Of a stretch of 64,000 nucleotides of DNA, positions 49,165 through 63,169 are shown in pieces; within the stretch, counting starts at the first letter, position 1; every line of letters begins with the position of its first letter. The stretch is from Carcharhinus longimanus. Lineage: Eukaryota. The position numbers and the translations under genes are program-made. The DNA is taken from positions 27,852,733-27,916,732 of the forward strand of contig JASCQW010000133.1 in assembly GCA_030264375.1 (NCBI GenBank). Reading direction: 5' to 3'. The notes under the pieces were generated by a model that saw only the letters and a list, made by a program, of their open reading frames with translations, did not search any database and had not been told where the DNA came from.

Positions 49165-51480
49165 TTTTGTTCAATTCATTCATGGGATTTGGGTATCACT
49201 GGTTCAGCCAGGGCATCCCTAATTGCCCTGAGAAGGGGGTCCTTCTTGAATTACTGCAATGTATGGTGTAAGCATATCGACAGTTAGGGATGAAGTTCCA
49301 GGGTTTTGACCCAGCAACAGCGAAGGAATGGTAATATATATCCTAGTCAGGATGGTTAGTGGCTTGGAAAGCAATTTCTCAGTGGTGGAGTTCTAATGTG
49401 TCTGCTACTTTTGTACTTTTAAATGATGTCATGGGTTTGGAAGGTGCTGTTTAAAGAGCCATGGTGATGGCGCACACTGTTGTCACTGTTGGGAGTGAAT
49501 GTGGATGGGGTGCCAAATCAAGTAGGCTGCTTAGATCTGGATGATATTGAACTTCTTGACTGTTGTTGGAACAGCTGCACTCATCCAAGCAAGTGGAGAA
49601 TATTCCACCACACTTCTGACTTGTGCCTTGAAGATGGTTGACAAGCTTTGTCAGGAAACAAGTTATTCTCCACAGAATTCCTAGCCTTTGACCTGTTCTT
49701 GTAGCCAAAGTATTTACATGGCTAGCCCAGTTCAGTTTCTGGTCAATGGAAACACGTCAGGGATGTTGATATTGGAAGATTCAGTGATGGTAATGCTATT
49801 GAATATCAGAGTCATGGCTAGATTCTCTCTTGTTGGAGAAGGTCATTGCCTGGCATTTATGTGGCCTGAATATTACTTGCCATTTGCCAGCCTGAGTCTG
49901 GATATTGTCCAGATCTTGTTGCACTTGAACATGGACTCCTTCATTATATGAGAAGTCACAAATGGTGCTGAACATTGTGCAGTTATTAGCAAACATGCTA
50001 CTTCTGACCTTATGATGGAAGAAAGGCCATTAATGAAGCAGCTGAAGATGGTTGGGCCTAGGGCATTCCCATCATCAGGAACTCCTGCCATGATTTCCTG
50101 GGGCTGATATAACTGAAGTCCAACAACTACAATCTTTTTGATAGGTATTGCTCCAGCAGAGCTTCATCCCCCTGCCCCCGCTTGCCATTGTCTCCAGTTG
50201 TGACAGGACTCACAACTGGACACTTGGTCAAATGCTGCCTTGATGTCAAAGACAGTCACTCTCACCTCTGGAGTTGAGTCTCTTGTCCATGTTTGAACCA
50301 AGGGTGTAATGAGGTCGGACGCAGAATGGCCCTGACAGAATCCAAACTGAATGTCAGTGAGCAGGTTATTGCTAAGTATGTGTCACTTGATAACACTATT
50401 AATGACCTCTTGCATCGCTTTACGAATGATTGAGAGTAGAGAGATGGTTTGTTAATTGGATGGGTTAAATTTGTCCTGCTGCCTGTAAACAGNNNNNNNN
50501 NNTAAACAGGACAAACCTATGGAATTTTCTACATTGCTGGGTAGATGCCAGTGTTGTAGCCGTACTGGAATAGCTTGGCTAGGGGTGTGACAAACTCTGG
50601 AAATTCTTTATGTCCTGTGTTGTAGCTTCACCAGGTTCATTTCTTACTTTTAGGTATGCCTGGCATGCACTCCTGCACTCTTCATTTAACCAAGGCTGAT
50701 CCATTCACTTGGTGATAATGATAGAATGAATCCACGTGGTTACAGATTGTAATTGAGTACAATTCTGCGACTGCTGATGGTCCACAGCATGGTTGCCCAG
50801 TCTGGAGTTGTTGGATTTGATTGAAATCTATCCCACTTAGCATGGTGGCAGTGCCACACAACACAATGGAGTGTTTCCTCACTGTGAAGACAGGATTTGT
50901 CTCCACAAGGACTGTGCAGTGGTCATACCAGTACTATCATTGATACATCTGTGGCTGGGAGGTTGGTGAGGAATGTCAAGTATGTTTTTCCTCTTGTTGG
51001 TTTCCTTACCACCTGTCACTGACCCAGCCTAGCAGCTAAATCTTTTAGGACTTGGCCAGCTTGGCGATGGATATTGAAGTCCTGCACCCAAAGTAAAATC
51101 TGCACCTTTGCCACTCTCAATGTTACTTCAACATAGAGAAGTAGTTCATCAGCTGGGAGAGGGTAGGCCCTAGTAATCAGCAGGAGGTTTCCTTGCCCAT
51201 TTTTGACCTGGTGCCATGAAACTTCATGAAACTGGAGTCAATGTTGACGATTTCCAAGGCATCTCCCTCCTGACTGTATACCACTGTGTTGCCATCTCTG
51301 CTGGTGATAGTAATTCCATGAGTATGACTTTATCAGATTGCTGCTTGTCTGTGAGACAGCTCTCTTAATTTTGTGATCAGGCCCCAGATGTTAGTAAAGA
51401 GGATTTCACAGGGTCAACAGGGCTAAGTTTGCTGTTGTCATTTCTTGTGCCTTGGTTAATGCCAGGTAGTCGATTCTTTT
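49165..51480 (-). mobile_element. Decayed CR1/L2-clade LINE (RT and part of endonuclease)
   Basis: GVP..ALGPTIFSCFIN, MFANNCTMFSTI (FADD), QQDLDNIQ..KWQVIFRPHKCQAM. Related fragments at 30.2, 41.6-42.1, 54.0 and 58.6-58.8 kb. Confidence 0.8.
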
Positions 51481-53692
51481 CAGACGCTAGTGGTTTAATA
51501 CAAGGCTACTATAGAGGGCATTTAGGAGTTAACCACATTGCTGTAGGTCTAGAGTCACATATGATTAAGAAGGCAGGTTTTCTTCCCTAATGGGCTGAGT
51601 TTTTTAACAAATGACAAGGGTTTCATGGTCATCATTCTACAGTTAACTCCAGATTTTCTGATTCACGGTGAGATTAAAACTTGGGTCCCCAGAACATTAC
51701 CCTGGGTCTCTGAATCGCAAGTCCAATGACAATACCCCTATCTCCCCACTGCTGCCAACACTGAGTATTTTCAGCACTTTCTGTTTTTATTTCTCCCCGT
51801 GGACTGCCAGTGCTTGGCAAGATATAGCTGTCAGCTTGGTCCAGTCACCTGCATGGCAACCACCCAGCACATGAGTAGCAATATTATAACTCAATTCTTG
51901 TTATTTGGCAGATTATTGCCAGCTGATTGCATCAGCTACAATGATAAATTAATGAATGTGGTCGTTTTCAGTAGCCTTATAGATATTAGGTACAGTGTAG
52001 TGACCTTGTAGAAGATTGCAATGAGATCATTACTGCAAAGTTTCTGATCATAACAGTGGTGTGCACATTGGCAAGAATCCTTGATTGTAATTGAGTGTTA
52101 AATCAGTAGTAGTAGTTCAATTGGCTGGCAAACATCTCCACCATTATTTTTTCAGCAAATCAATCAAGCCAAACAGCTTCAAGTTGCAAAGCTAGATCTT
52201 TGCTTCCAGTATACGTGTCTTCTGCAGGAATTTTGCTGGGGTCCAACTATACATGCTAATTTGCTGTATCAATGGAAAGAGAACATGGCTGAATATATTA
52301 CTTAATTGAAATAAATGTAAAAATAAAAGGGAAATATATGTACAGGGTGGAAATTTGTTGAGGCAAGCAAGTAATCTTGCAGAACATTTTTATTCTATGT
52401 ATTCTCTCAAGGGGGCATTAATGTTTTAAAAAATCATCATTTAAACACTTATTAGCTTGCAAGTACGGTGCAATGTGTCCCTGGATGTAAATCAGTAGAT
52501 GGTCCATTATTGAACAGAAGCCTGCAAGAGAAGCATATTTTAAAAGACACGTAATTATATAAGGCTATTCAATGGCACAGGACATCTCAAAGCACTTCCC
52601 AACCAATAAGGTATTTTTGAAGTGGAGTCACGCTTGTGGTGTAGAAACTATGACAGTTAATTTGTGCATGGCCAGCTTTCACCAACAGCAGTATAACGAC
52701 CACATTATCTGGTTTTGATGTTAATTGAAAGATAAATATAACTCCCTTTCTCTTTTTTGAAATGGTGCCAGGGGTTCCTTTACAGTTCTGCACTGGGGTC
52801 TGAGCCTTGATCATTGTGCCAAGTCCAGGCGTTGCGTGGGAGTCGAATTCACAATCTTGCAACTCAAAGGAGAGTTTTAGCAGTTAAGCCACGGCTGACA
52901 CGTTCACTTAGGTATTTAGGACATGGTGATGTACAAAAACTGATATTTTGGCTGCCTTCCTACATTTCTCTTATAACTAGCTCTGATAGTTGGGATGATT
53001 TGACGTTCTAGAAGTGAAGAATGAACAAACCGTTCCTTCAGAGTAGAAATTCTGCAAATCTGTCAAAGATCATTAATTTGCTCAGAGCACTGGAAGGTAT
53101 TCTTTTGGGAGTACAACGCAAATAATGCCAAGATTCTAACTTAGCCACGTTGCAGCTGGCTAACAGCAACTGCACAAATCTCTGAGAAGTGTGTGCCTCA
53201 CCCTCACCATAATGGGTATGCAATATTCTCTTTTCCTTCATGCTGGAGGGCATGCTGTAGGAGTTTAACACTTTCACAAGAGAATGCAGATTTTCATTGC
53301 CACGCTTTGCACATTTTTTGCTGCTACAGCATTTTGCTGAAATTCAGAAAATTTAAGCTAAATTTGTTCAGCTTCGGCCAAAAAGCAATTTGAATACATG
53401 GCTTCTTGATTAAACCACAACTGTCTTAACATCATGCTGATCTTGTTGAAGATCCATCACACACGTAATTGCATTTTAAGATTTAAACATACAAAAGTTA
53501 TATAATAAATATACTGACGTTTTTCATGACCACCAGCCCATTGTCAGCGAACTGGAGCTCCATTAAGGCTCACCAGCGCAAAATTAGCCAACTTAGATGT
53601 CACACCAGTGTGCAGTTCATTTTAGGGAATGAAAGCACTGTGAGGGAGAAAGGTGGTGGTCCCAAGCTGGAGCCACCTAAAGCTAAGGACTT

Positions 53693-53898
53693 CTATTATC
53701 ATGGAATCCCTATAGTGCAGGTGGTGGCCATTCGGCCCATTAAGTCTGTACTGACCACAATCCCATCCAGCCCCTATCCCCATAACCCTACCAGCTTTCC
53801 ACACACCTGACAAAGGAACAGCGTTTCCAACAGCTTATGGGTTTACTATCAAATAAACTGGTTCGACTTTAACCTGGTGTTGTGAGACTTCTTACTGC
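53693..53898. mobile_element. V-SINE tail (minus) fused to a Penelope pseudo-LTR fragment (plus, 53796-53898)
   Basis: 53796-53898 aligns by eye with 47314-47417. Confidence 0.7.
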
Positions 53899-54889
53899 GA
53901 TTTCAGCCACAAGTATGTTTATACACTGGTCCACATTGACAAAATTTTACAAAAGTTTCTTGGTACCACACTGAGTCAAATGGCACCTTGTTTCAAGGAC
54001 AGTCACTCTTACCTTACCTCTGGAATTGCGCCTTTGTCCTTGTTTAGACCATGGCTGTAGTGAGCTCTGGGGTTGAGCAATCCTGGCAGAGCTCAAACAG
54101 ATCATTAGGATTTTATAGTTTTGCTGAGTATTTGCCACTTGATAGCATTGCTGAGGTCTCTTATTTGCTTACGAGTCATATAGGGTGATTATTGGTCAGG
54201 TTAGTTTTGTCAACAGCATGTACCTTAGCAGTTCTTAAGTCAACAGGCAGATGCCAGTGTTGTAGCTGTAGAGGAATAGCATGGCTAAAAGTAAAGGTAA
54301 TTCTGGGGCATTGGTCTCCAGGATTGTAGGCAGGATGTTATCAGGACCCGCATTTTGGCTGTGTCCAGTGCATTCAGATTTCTTGACACTACTGGAAACA
54401 AGAGTAACATTTCAATGACACGTGTGATACTTGTACAGCTGCTATACCATCCCATTCCATCGATCGCACATTTCTGAAAGCTATTAGACAATGCAGCTTA
54501 ATATCTTCTGCAGGTTCAACCTGCCAGTCTTTTGCAGATTTATTTTTACCTTGATAATTAAGTGGAAGTTATGGAATTGCAAATATTCAGACCTTGTCCT
54601 AATGTACCATTTGATAAATGATCCAATTCACATGAATTTATATTTACACTGTGTGCCTGTTGTATAACATCCTCATACATAAATTAATGTCAGAAAATAG
54701 AGCTTGTTCAACTCTGAAGAATAGTCAGAAAACCTAATCATCAAGTATTAGGTTATATTTGTCCTGGAAGAATGAAAATACTAGGTGCCACCTGACATTA
54801 ATCTCTATCCCACTCAAATAAAGAGCAAACTTAAATAAAGCTGTATTCGCTGAATTTTAGACTCAGTGCTGTTAACAGTGTGAAAAAAC

Positions 54890-56561
54890 ACAGGTTTTAA
54901 CTTGGGTTTATTTAGACAATACATCTGATAATTTGCTTTTGGAATGAAATATAAAGGAGTTCATTTGTTTTTGTTAAGTGCAAACATTGCCTGTCACTGG
55001 CTCAATTAAGAAATATATACTAGATTGCTGACAATATAGAATACATTTTTAATGTCTTCTTTTACAATATAAAATGCAGCTTAATTAAAATTATAAATTC
55101 AGCATTTTATTCATACCCAATGAAACTAAACCATTTGGGAAAAGGCAATGTAGAAGAACCAATGGGCAGATACTTTTCATGGTTGAACCAGAACAAAATG
55201 CAGACACAATGAATATGTCCTGATGAATGGAACATCCAGTATGGGGCATCCCTTTCGGTGAGAGAAAAGAACAAGCTGCTATATTGAAGAGGGAGTACAA
55301 TAAATAGAACGTGCGTAATAAGCTAAGGCTTGGTATTATCTCGGATATTTCTATCAAAAATAATCACGTACAGTAATTATTTTGGAATCAAACATCACCA
55401 ATTTGGACATCTGGAACGATTTCAAGTTAGCAATTTAGCCTCAAGTAAAAAAAAGTAAATAAATAACACACATGTCACTTGGTCAATTAATTCAGAACAG
55501 TTTAAAGTATGCAGAGGTTACACAATCACTAAAGGCTTCTAAGGAATCCTGTTAAGTGTTCACCTCACACAGTACGTCTGGACTGAATACAATGAGCCAA
55601 GTGATCTCCTTTGNNNNNNNNTTTCTCTGTTAAGGCCCTGCTGAGACTAGATGAGGCAGAATTTTGTTATTAACCATTAACCACCACCTTCACTAAATCT
55701 CTGCTGTGTTATTTAGCTTGGCAACTTTGAGGGGGTGCAGGGAGGGGGTTTAAGAGGCAAAGTACAATCCTGTAAAAGTCAAAATGGCTCCAAAATAAAT
55801 AGAAAGTAAATGTGTTGACATCAATGGCAGTACCTAGAAAGGGATAGTACTTACCTTAAGAAGATATTTTCCTTTAATAACAGATAAATTGTATGAAAAC
55901 ACAGAGGTGTCAAGATGCCAGTGTTCACACAGGATAGCAGGTAATTTGGTAATTGATGGCCAATCTGTGTTACATGATTGAAGTGTCAGAGGCCTTTCTA
56001 AAAAGATTTAATCTCATTAAATATACATTTCCATATCATAACTATGAATCACTAAGGCTTCACTAAAATAGAAACAAATGTTTCAATGGCCTTGAATTTG
56101 AACAAATTACTGAATGTTTCATTATTTAAGTTAAGCTTGGTCAGTAGCCATCTTATTTCTGAGTTCCCAATACTTTTCTCAGTCAAGTGTGATAACAATA
56201 ATTCTGGTTTATTTAAATGGTGGTAATTTTGTTTTTCAGAGAGGTCAAGGATCACTCTACATTCTCGCTTTCTGACTGTAAAAAGTAAGGACTCATCGTA
56301 TTGCCTAAATATCTTCTACTGCACAAGAAAACTACTGTATCTCTTTGGCACAAAGCAATCTGAAAAGGTGAATGTTCATAAGTCATAGGTGAATGTTCAT
56401 AATATTCAAATACGTTATCCCTAATGTTCATTTGAAGAAAAACTCAAATTAGCAAGGATCTAAAAATTAAATATTCATAAAATAAATTACTCATTGCAAT
56501 ATGGAATAAAAATAAAGGCATACACTTGGATACTATGCAATAACACAGTGGTACCCTGCTT
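54890..56561 (-). other. Putative 3' UTR of the coiled-coil gene with candidate poly(A) signals
   Basis: Repeat-poor AT-rich sequence after the stop codon. Minus-strand AATAAA at 55106-55111 and at 54907-54912, the latter followed by a GT/T-rich element (CCTGTGTTTTTTC). Confidence 0.5.
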
Positions 56562-57140
56562 TTAAGCTGTTCTCTGGATTTTTGGTTGACTTTCTTCTTC
56601 AGGGTCTTCTTCAGAAATGCGTTTACCAGAGGAAAGTTCAACATGATCATTGATTTCTGTGACAGGATACAGATGGACATGTGTTGGGGAAGCTGACTCA
56701 ATATTTGAAATGGCTGACGCGCTGTCTAAATGGACCTCCACAATTTCAAGTGTTGTCAAACCTGCAGATCCATTTGATGAATTATCATTAGGCTCAATGA
56801 AGGATATGACATTTCCAGAACTGAGGTCCATTTCAGATGCTGCAATCACATCTTGTGATGTTGACATAATTTCATGCTCAGAGGTCATGATTTCATGTGC
56901 TGATGTCACTATACTGGTGGGTATGGTCAGTCTAATGCTGTGATTCTTGGGGGACAAATTCGTCGCATCTACTAATGCCTGCTCAGTCGTACACTCCGTT
57001 CCATCAGTGCAATCATCTTTAGAGTCCTGAATAGAATCAGAGCTATCGTTAACTTGATGATTTAACTTGCTGTACTCCTTCCTTAGTAGCTCCACCTGCA
57101 TCTGTAAGAGCTCCTTGTGCTGCGTCTCCATCTGTTTAAT
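56562..57140 (-). CDS. Terminal coding exon of the same gene, IKQMETQHKELLQMQVELLRKEYSKL... followed by an acidic Ser/Thr-rich tail ending SGKRISEEDPEEESQPKIQRTA*
   Basis: Longest gap-free ORF in the window (56562..57173). Acceptor TTTTGTTTTCAG at 57141-57142, TAA at 56562-56564, followed by AT-rich UTR-like sequence. Confidence 0.85.
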   Translation of the reverse strand: MKQMETQHKELLQMQVELLRKEYSKLNHQVNDSSDSIQDSKDDCTDGTECTTEQALVDATNLSPKNHSIRLTIPTSIVTSAHEIMTSEHEIMSTSQDVIAASEMDLSSGNVISFIEPNDNSSNGSAGLTTLEIVEVHLDSASAISNIESASPTHVHLYPVTEINDHVELSSGKRISEEDPEEESQPKIQRTA

Positions 57141-58281
57141 CTGAAAACAAAATGGCAAATTTCTTTGACACAATTTTTTTGCTGTACAAATTGCTCAATG
57201 TATCCAGTCATTTTCACTTATCATATTACAATAACAACACAGGTATTTTAAGCCTTCAATCTTACGTAGGCTTTTGTAATAAAGAATATGCAATCGTTAC
57301 GATGTGGTAATTCTATCCATTATTAGGTGTTTCGGTGTACATCTGTCCAAAAACTGTTTGCAGTTTAAATTGAAAGCAAAGCATACAATAAAAGCAAAAT
57401 TACATTTCAATAATTAATATCTAGGAGGGGTTTAAAAAGATAGTAAAACTATGCACAGTTTTCAATATTTTTATATTTAATATCTTCCCTCAAACGCAGA
57501 CAGGCATCATGTGAGTTAAATGTATGGTAAAAGTGCGCATTTAAGAACGATGCAATTTATGGTATCATCGTGAGTCACTCAAACCTGTCACACACCACCT
57601 CACCTAATGGTTACTTGAAATGAGCACTGGTAAGGCTAACGAGTACTTTTGATAGCTAGTTGGAAAACGACTTATGTTACAGGAAGAAAAGGAGGGATGA
57701 AAATGCCTCAACATCTTGAAAGTCAACGATAAGATAACTTCCTCTAGCATTCAGTCATTGACCAGCAACTAGCTAACTCACTTGCTGCTTAGATTGATTT
57801 GTACTGCTAAAATGCTGCCTATTCTCTTGCATCAATCTTGTTTTGTCTGGTCAATCCAATGATGCAATGAAGTTAAATTACAATGTTTAGTTACCTGATT
57901 GACCAACAAGTGGGTTTTGGAGATATTGGCCAATTAGGGGTGCATTCAAAGCTGGAGATGCTGTTTCAAGAAGAATGGAGGAGGCACAGTAAGAAGAGCA
58001 ACCAGTTAAGAAAAGATTAAAATAGAATACATGAGATCACAAAATTCAGGATTCAAAAATAATAAGGGAAGACCATAAGCAGCAGCAGAAAATATCTAAA
58101 CAGCACTGTGAACATAAGTTTGAGATTTTTATCTAAATAGTTAGCAGAACTAAAACTTCTTTCAAAACAGGCATGAGGGCAACAATATCCAAGATAGATA
58201 ATTTAACACTCTTATTTGTTCATCCTCCATCTTCAATTTGAGACATGCTTGGGACACAAAAGGGCTAAAATGAATATATTA

Positions 58282-58590
58282 CTGAAAAGTGAGGCATGTT
58301 GTCAAAGCTTTTCATCTTGCACTCACCAGGATTAAATGCAAAAATGCTAAATTCCAAATAAGCACAACAATTTATATTACAGAAGAAAAGGGTGCTGATT
58401 GATTGACAAATTGACTCTGGCCAAGTTGTTGCCATGAAGAAAGGAGTGTTGAATTATAGGCTCTGCATTTTCTCAGAGAAGTTAATTCAAAAAGGCACAA
58501 GGCCTTTTGTTTACACAGAACCGGCCCCTGCGTATGAATGTACGTCACTTGTAGCAAGCCATGTTACAAGCTTGACCAATTACCTTAAAT
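58282..58590 (-). mobile_element. Penelope-like element 3' end (GIY-YIG C-terminus and pseudo-LTR)
   Basis: ORF 58372..58557(-) LQVTYIHTQGPVLCKQK resembles the LE(A)xxI..PxLxxQ terminus of Penelope GIY-YIG endonucleases. Downstream is CCTGGTGAGTGCAAGATGAAAAGCTTTGAC, a hammerhead-like motif. Confidence 0.65.
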
Positions 58591-61481
58591 TAATTAAATA
58601 ATCAGACCTTAAGACCTGAAGAACGTAGCTGCAACTGGATCTCCAGTAACTGGTAAATCTAACTATTGGTGGATGAAAATCCTGGAACTCCTTATCTAAC
58701 AGTAGTACGGGTAACTGCAGTGATTCAAGATGACGACTCATCATCACCTGCTCAAGAGCAACTGGCGATGGGAAATAAATGCTGGTCTTGGAAGTGACGG
58801 TAAGATTTCATAAACAAATGAAAAGATAAGTATGATAATTGCAGCAATGAATATGAATGGACCAGTTTTTCAAGAATATATCAATTCCTATTTGAAAGCT
58901 TTGATTTAAAATTGCTTTCACCACATTTTCTGGTAGTGCATTCTTAATCAGAACAACTTGCTGCGCAAAAAAATCTCTCTTCCCCCCGTCTGGTTTTTCT
59001 GCTGATTATCTTAACTCTGTGCTCTTTCACTACCAAGCCTTTTGTCAATGGAAACAGTTTCTCCAGATGAGTGATCTGGAATAATGAGTGCCTCAGCAGT
59101 GATAGTCCAGAGCATGCAAGGGCAGATTAATCAGATAATTTCGATTTGGAGCCACAATTAGTATAATGCACTAAATTACAATTCCCTGAGACCACACACA
59201 GTACTTCAGGAACTGAGGAGTAAGTTCAGCTGCAAGTTTCAAACAGTTTTACAATTGCTGCCAAGATGATCATTGGATCGATTATCCCCAAGATCCAAGA
59301 ATATCGTCCTTCAACCCTGAACCACAGAGGGTGTAAAGTTTGATATATTTTAAGGAGCCAGAGTGACGCAATGTTAAGAACTTGGGAGATGTCCAGAAAT
59401 AAATTACAGTACCACTGTAGGCCATAATCAAAGCTGCTATATGTTGCTCAATTCATAAGGAAATTTTCTAGGATCTTCGACAGTATCAACAAGTGGAATT
59501 TGTATGGTGCATTTAACGTAATAAAGAAGGGCACTATTCATAGTTCGCAGCAGAACATTGGTGAATCAATTACATAAAAGCAAACATGCAGATGCCATAA
59601 TTAACTAAAAGTCATATTTCTACATAATAAGTGACATTATGAAACTTAATGAGAACTAACTAACAGAAAACTGTTTTTTGAACATATACTTCCATAGATT
59701 CACAATATTTGGGTATTCTCTTGGACATACCGTACAGAATGTTCAATAACAGTGCCATCTTGAACCACCCCTCATGTATTGTCTTAACTGTTTCAAGAGC
59801 TTGAATTGAACCTGAGGTCAGAAACTTCTTTGCCAACTACACTTGACCCTTGATTATCCACTGCAACAGAAGTTAATTGCTAGAAAATGTTTTCATCAAA
59901 ATATTAACGGCAGGGAAGAGCAATGCAATTTTGGACATAACACCACAGACATCTCGCAGAGTAAAGTTAGCATACTGTAAAATTATATCAAGATAGGTCA
60001 AGATGTAAAGGTGCAGCATCTGTTTGCTTCAATTTTAATATAGATTATTAATATATATTTTTACAATAAATGAATAAAAAATATAGAATACTCATGCTGT
60101 AAATCTAAATTGATTTCTGAATTTCAAACCTTGTAATACTACTGCTTTTGCATTGATGCAAAGCAATTTTCAGTATTCATCTAATGCCTATCCATTGGAG
60201 TTTAAACCCGGAAGTGCAAATTAGAATATTTAATTCAGTGTAAAATCATGTACAGAAAGAAGGAAGGAAAGATGAATTGAGAGATTTTTAAAAGACAGTT
60301 CAAAAGATCTTAAAATCTGCAGGAATAATGCTGCTTTTCAGTCCCAAAAGTTAAAATTTATCACACCATTAAAAATTGCTCATACTTAGCTCTTTCTGGT
60401 GTTTAGTGGGCAAGTATGTATTGCAAAATCATACCTTTTATGCATTTGAGTGCCAAGCTTTTGGCGAGTACCAGCATAGTGCAGCATGTGCAGGAACAGA
60501 GCAAAACAGACTGCAGCTTGCTGATTTCCATACTTAACTGTATACATGTGTGTAGATAGTGGACACCGCTGTCTGATTTTACACCAAAGTAATGCTGAAT
60601 GCTGATTCATATGGTACAATTTGGTCAATATCAAAAATTAACCACGTGTGGCCTGGTACAGAAATTCTTTTGGCATGTGATACAGAGTGGGTAATATGTT
60701 GGGACAACTGCAGACTGCATTCCACAAATACTGGTTTAAGAACAACAGCAGCAGCAGGAGTGAAACCTTGGGGACAATAATATTATTCACTGTTGGTTCC
60801 GATTTTCTTCTCAGCAGTGAAGGAACAGCATATTCCATTTATCTTGCTGGCAGCCTGCACACAGGCTCGTCAGCAGAGATTTCCTCTGATGCGGTGCATT
60901 TTCCATCGCTTGGCTGCTATAGGGGATCTGTGCTGTGAATTAGCAGAGCAAGCAACAGCAAGATTCATCAACCTTATTAAGGAATCCTCACTGAGACACA
61001 CAGAGTCCAAATCAATAACAACTAACAATTATATTTCATCTTGAACATACTGAAATACTCCAAGATGCTTCATAAAAGCGATATCAAGTCAATTAGCTAC
61101 AAAAGGATATATTGGAACAAGTCACCAGAGTTTTATCAAAGTGACGCATTTTATCTATATAAGTGCCAGCAAGGTTATTCAGTCTAATTATTAGGTTGTT
61201 AAACATTTATTTACTCCTAAATGCACCAGCCCCACTTTTTCAGGGATTTTATATAGAACCTATGGGCAAATTCAAATCAATACATTTTTTTCAGTGCAGG
61301 ATCTACAAGTGAGGACTACAACATTACAGCCTGTGGGGAAGCTGGTCTCTGTGACAGCAACTTCAGGGTTTGCTCATTTAATTGTACTTGTGCATTCTCC
61401 AGAAGTGGCTATTAGATTTTCTTTGTTATCACAACATGCACTGAAAGCCTCACTAATATTTTAATTGCAAATTTTAGGCCA

Positions 61482-61830
61482 ACGGGTGGCATGGTAGCAG
61501 AGTGGTTGGCACTGCTGCTTCACAGCTCCAGGGACCTGGGTTCGATTCCTGGCTTGGGTCACTGTCTGTGTAGAGTTTGCACATTCTCTCTGTGTCTGCG
61601 TGGGTTCCCTCTGGGTGCTCCGGCTTTCTCCCACAACCCAAAGATGGGCAGGTTAGGTTGATTGGCCATGCTTAAATTGCCCTTTAGTGTCCTGACTTGT
61701 GTAGGTTAGAGGGATTAGTGGGTAAAATATGTAGGGATAGCGGGGTAGGGCCTGGGTGGGATTGTGTTCGGTGCAGACTCGATGGGCCAAATGGCCTCTT
61801 TCTGTACTGTAGGGATTCTATGATTTCTAT
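61482..61830 (+). mobile_element. HE1-type V-SINE, well preserved
   Basis: A box, B box GGTTCGATTCC, V-domain, tail GGGATTCTATGATTTCTATG. Confidence 0.9.
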
Positions 61831-62249
61831 GCAGTGTACTAATTTTGAAGCTAAATGGAATAATAAGAATTTTTAAATCTGATTTCAGTTAGCAATGACC
61901 GAGGTGTTAGGGTAGAAAAGCAACATCTAAGACTGTCTAGAAATATACCAATATTGATATTGTCCGTAAGGTAATTGTGACAGAAATTACTTCTCTTCTT
62001 TTGGAATGTTCTGTTCGTTTGCAGTGAATGAAATTTCAAAGGGAGGCAGGTTTGGCATTCAGATCATTTCCAACAATTGCTGTACACTTTCCACATCTCT
62101 TTTTTTAATCTGGGGGTGCAAGTTCCATGCATTAAATGTCTCCCTCTTTTATAGGAGACAGTCTCTGCATGTTCGGTTGGTGTAATAGAAGCCTGTTGGA
62201 AATCCCCATATTCTGTCTAGAAAGACTTCTCTGCACATTTCTGTAACGT

Positions 62250-62525
62250 TTTGCCCACCAAGCCTGCACTGACAACAATCCCACCCTGGGTCTATCCATG
62301 TAACTCCACATATTTGCCCCGTTAATCCCCCTGAAACTAAGGGGCAATTTAGTATGACCAATCCATCTAACCTGCATAACTTTGGACTGAGAGAGGAAAC
62401 CAGAGCAACTGGAGGAAACCTACACAGACATGTGGAGAATATGCCAACTCCACTCCACCCGAGGTCTGAATTGATCCCAGGTCCCTGGCGCTGTGAGGCA
62501 GCAGTGCTAACCACTGTGACACCAT
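62250..62525 (-). mobile_element. HE1-type V-SINE
   Basis: Reverse-complement head and body with a partial deletion. Confidence 0.8.
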
Positions 62526-62888
62526 GGTCTATGATTATGCTTGACAACATACTACAGTGGTTTGACATTGCCTTCTGCTGACCAGGAAACTTTCCTGCTC
62601 TTGCCGACTGCCAACAGGCTTATTGGAAAGATTTACAGGTTGATAGTCAAATGGCACTTTACAAACCCATTTTCCATGACCATTAATTGAAATGAACACT
62701 ATCCTTTGCTCTTAGACCGTATGATGATGCATATTTGTTCTCTATGCAAAATGGTTGTTGTAATCAGCATTGTAACTGTTGCTGGAGCNNNNNNNNNNNN
62801 NNNNNNNNNNNNNNNNNNNNNNNNNNNNNNNNNNNNNNNNNNNNNNNNNNNNNNNNNNNNNNNNNNNNNNNNNNNNNNNNNNNNNNNN

Positions 62889-63097
62889 CCAGTTTCTTCC
62901 CACAGTCCAAAGATGTGAGGGTTAGGTTGATTGGCCATACTAAAATTGTCCCTTAGTGTCCTGAGATGCATAGATTAGAGGGATTAGTGGGTAAAATATG
63001 TAGGGATATGGGGGTAGAATTTGGATGGGATCGTGGTTGGTGCAGAATCGATGGGCCGAATGGCCTCCTTCTGTACTGTAGAGTTTCTATGATTTCT
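62889..63097 (+). mobile_element. HE1-type V-SINE 3' part (head lost in gap)
   Basis: Highly similar to 61620-61830. Confidence 0.85.
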
Positions 63098-63169
63098 TCA
63101 TAGTATTGTAATATGCAAACACAAGTATAGTAAATGCAAACACAAAAAGATTAAATATTTCATAATCAC

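Noticed and set aside
56650-56943. 97-aa plus-strand ORF
   Set aside because: Antisense shadow of the real minus-strand terminal exon.
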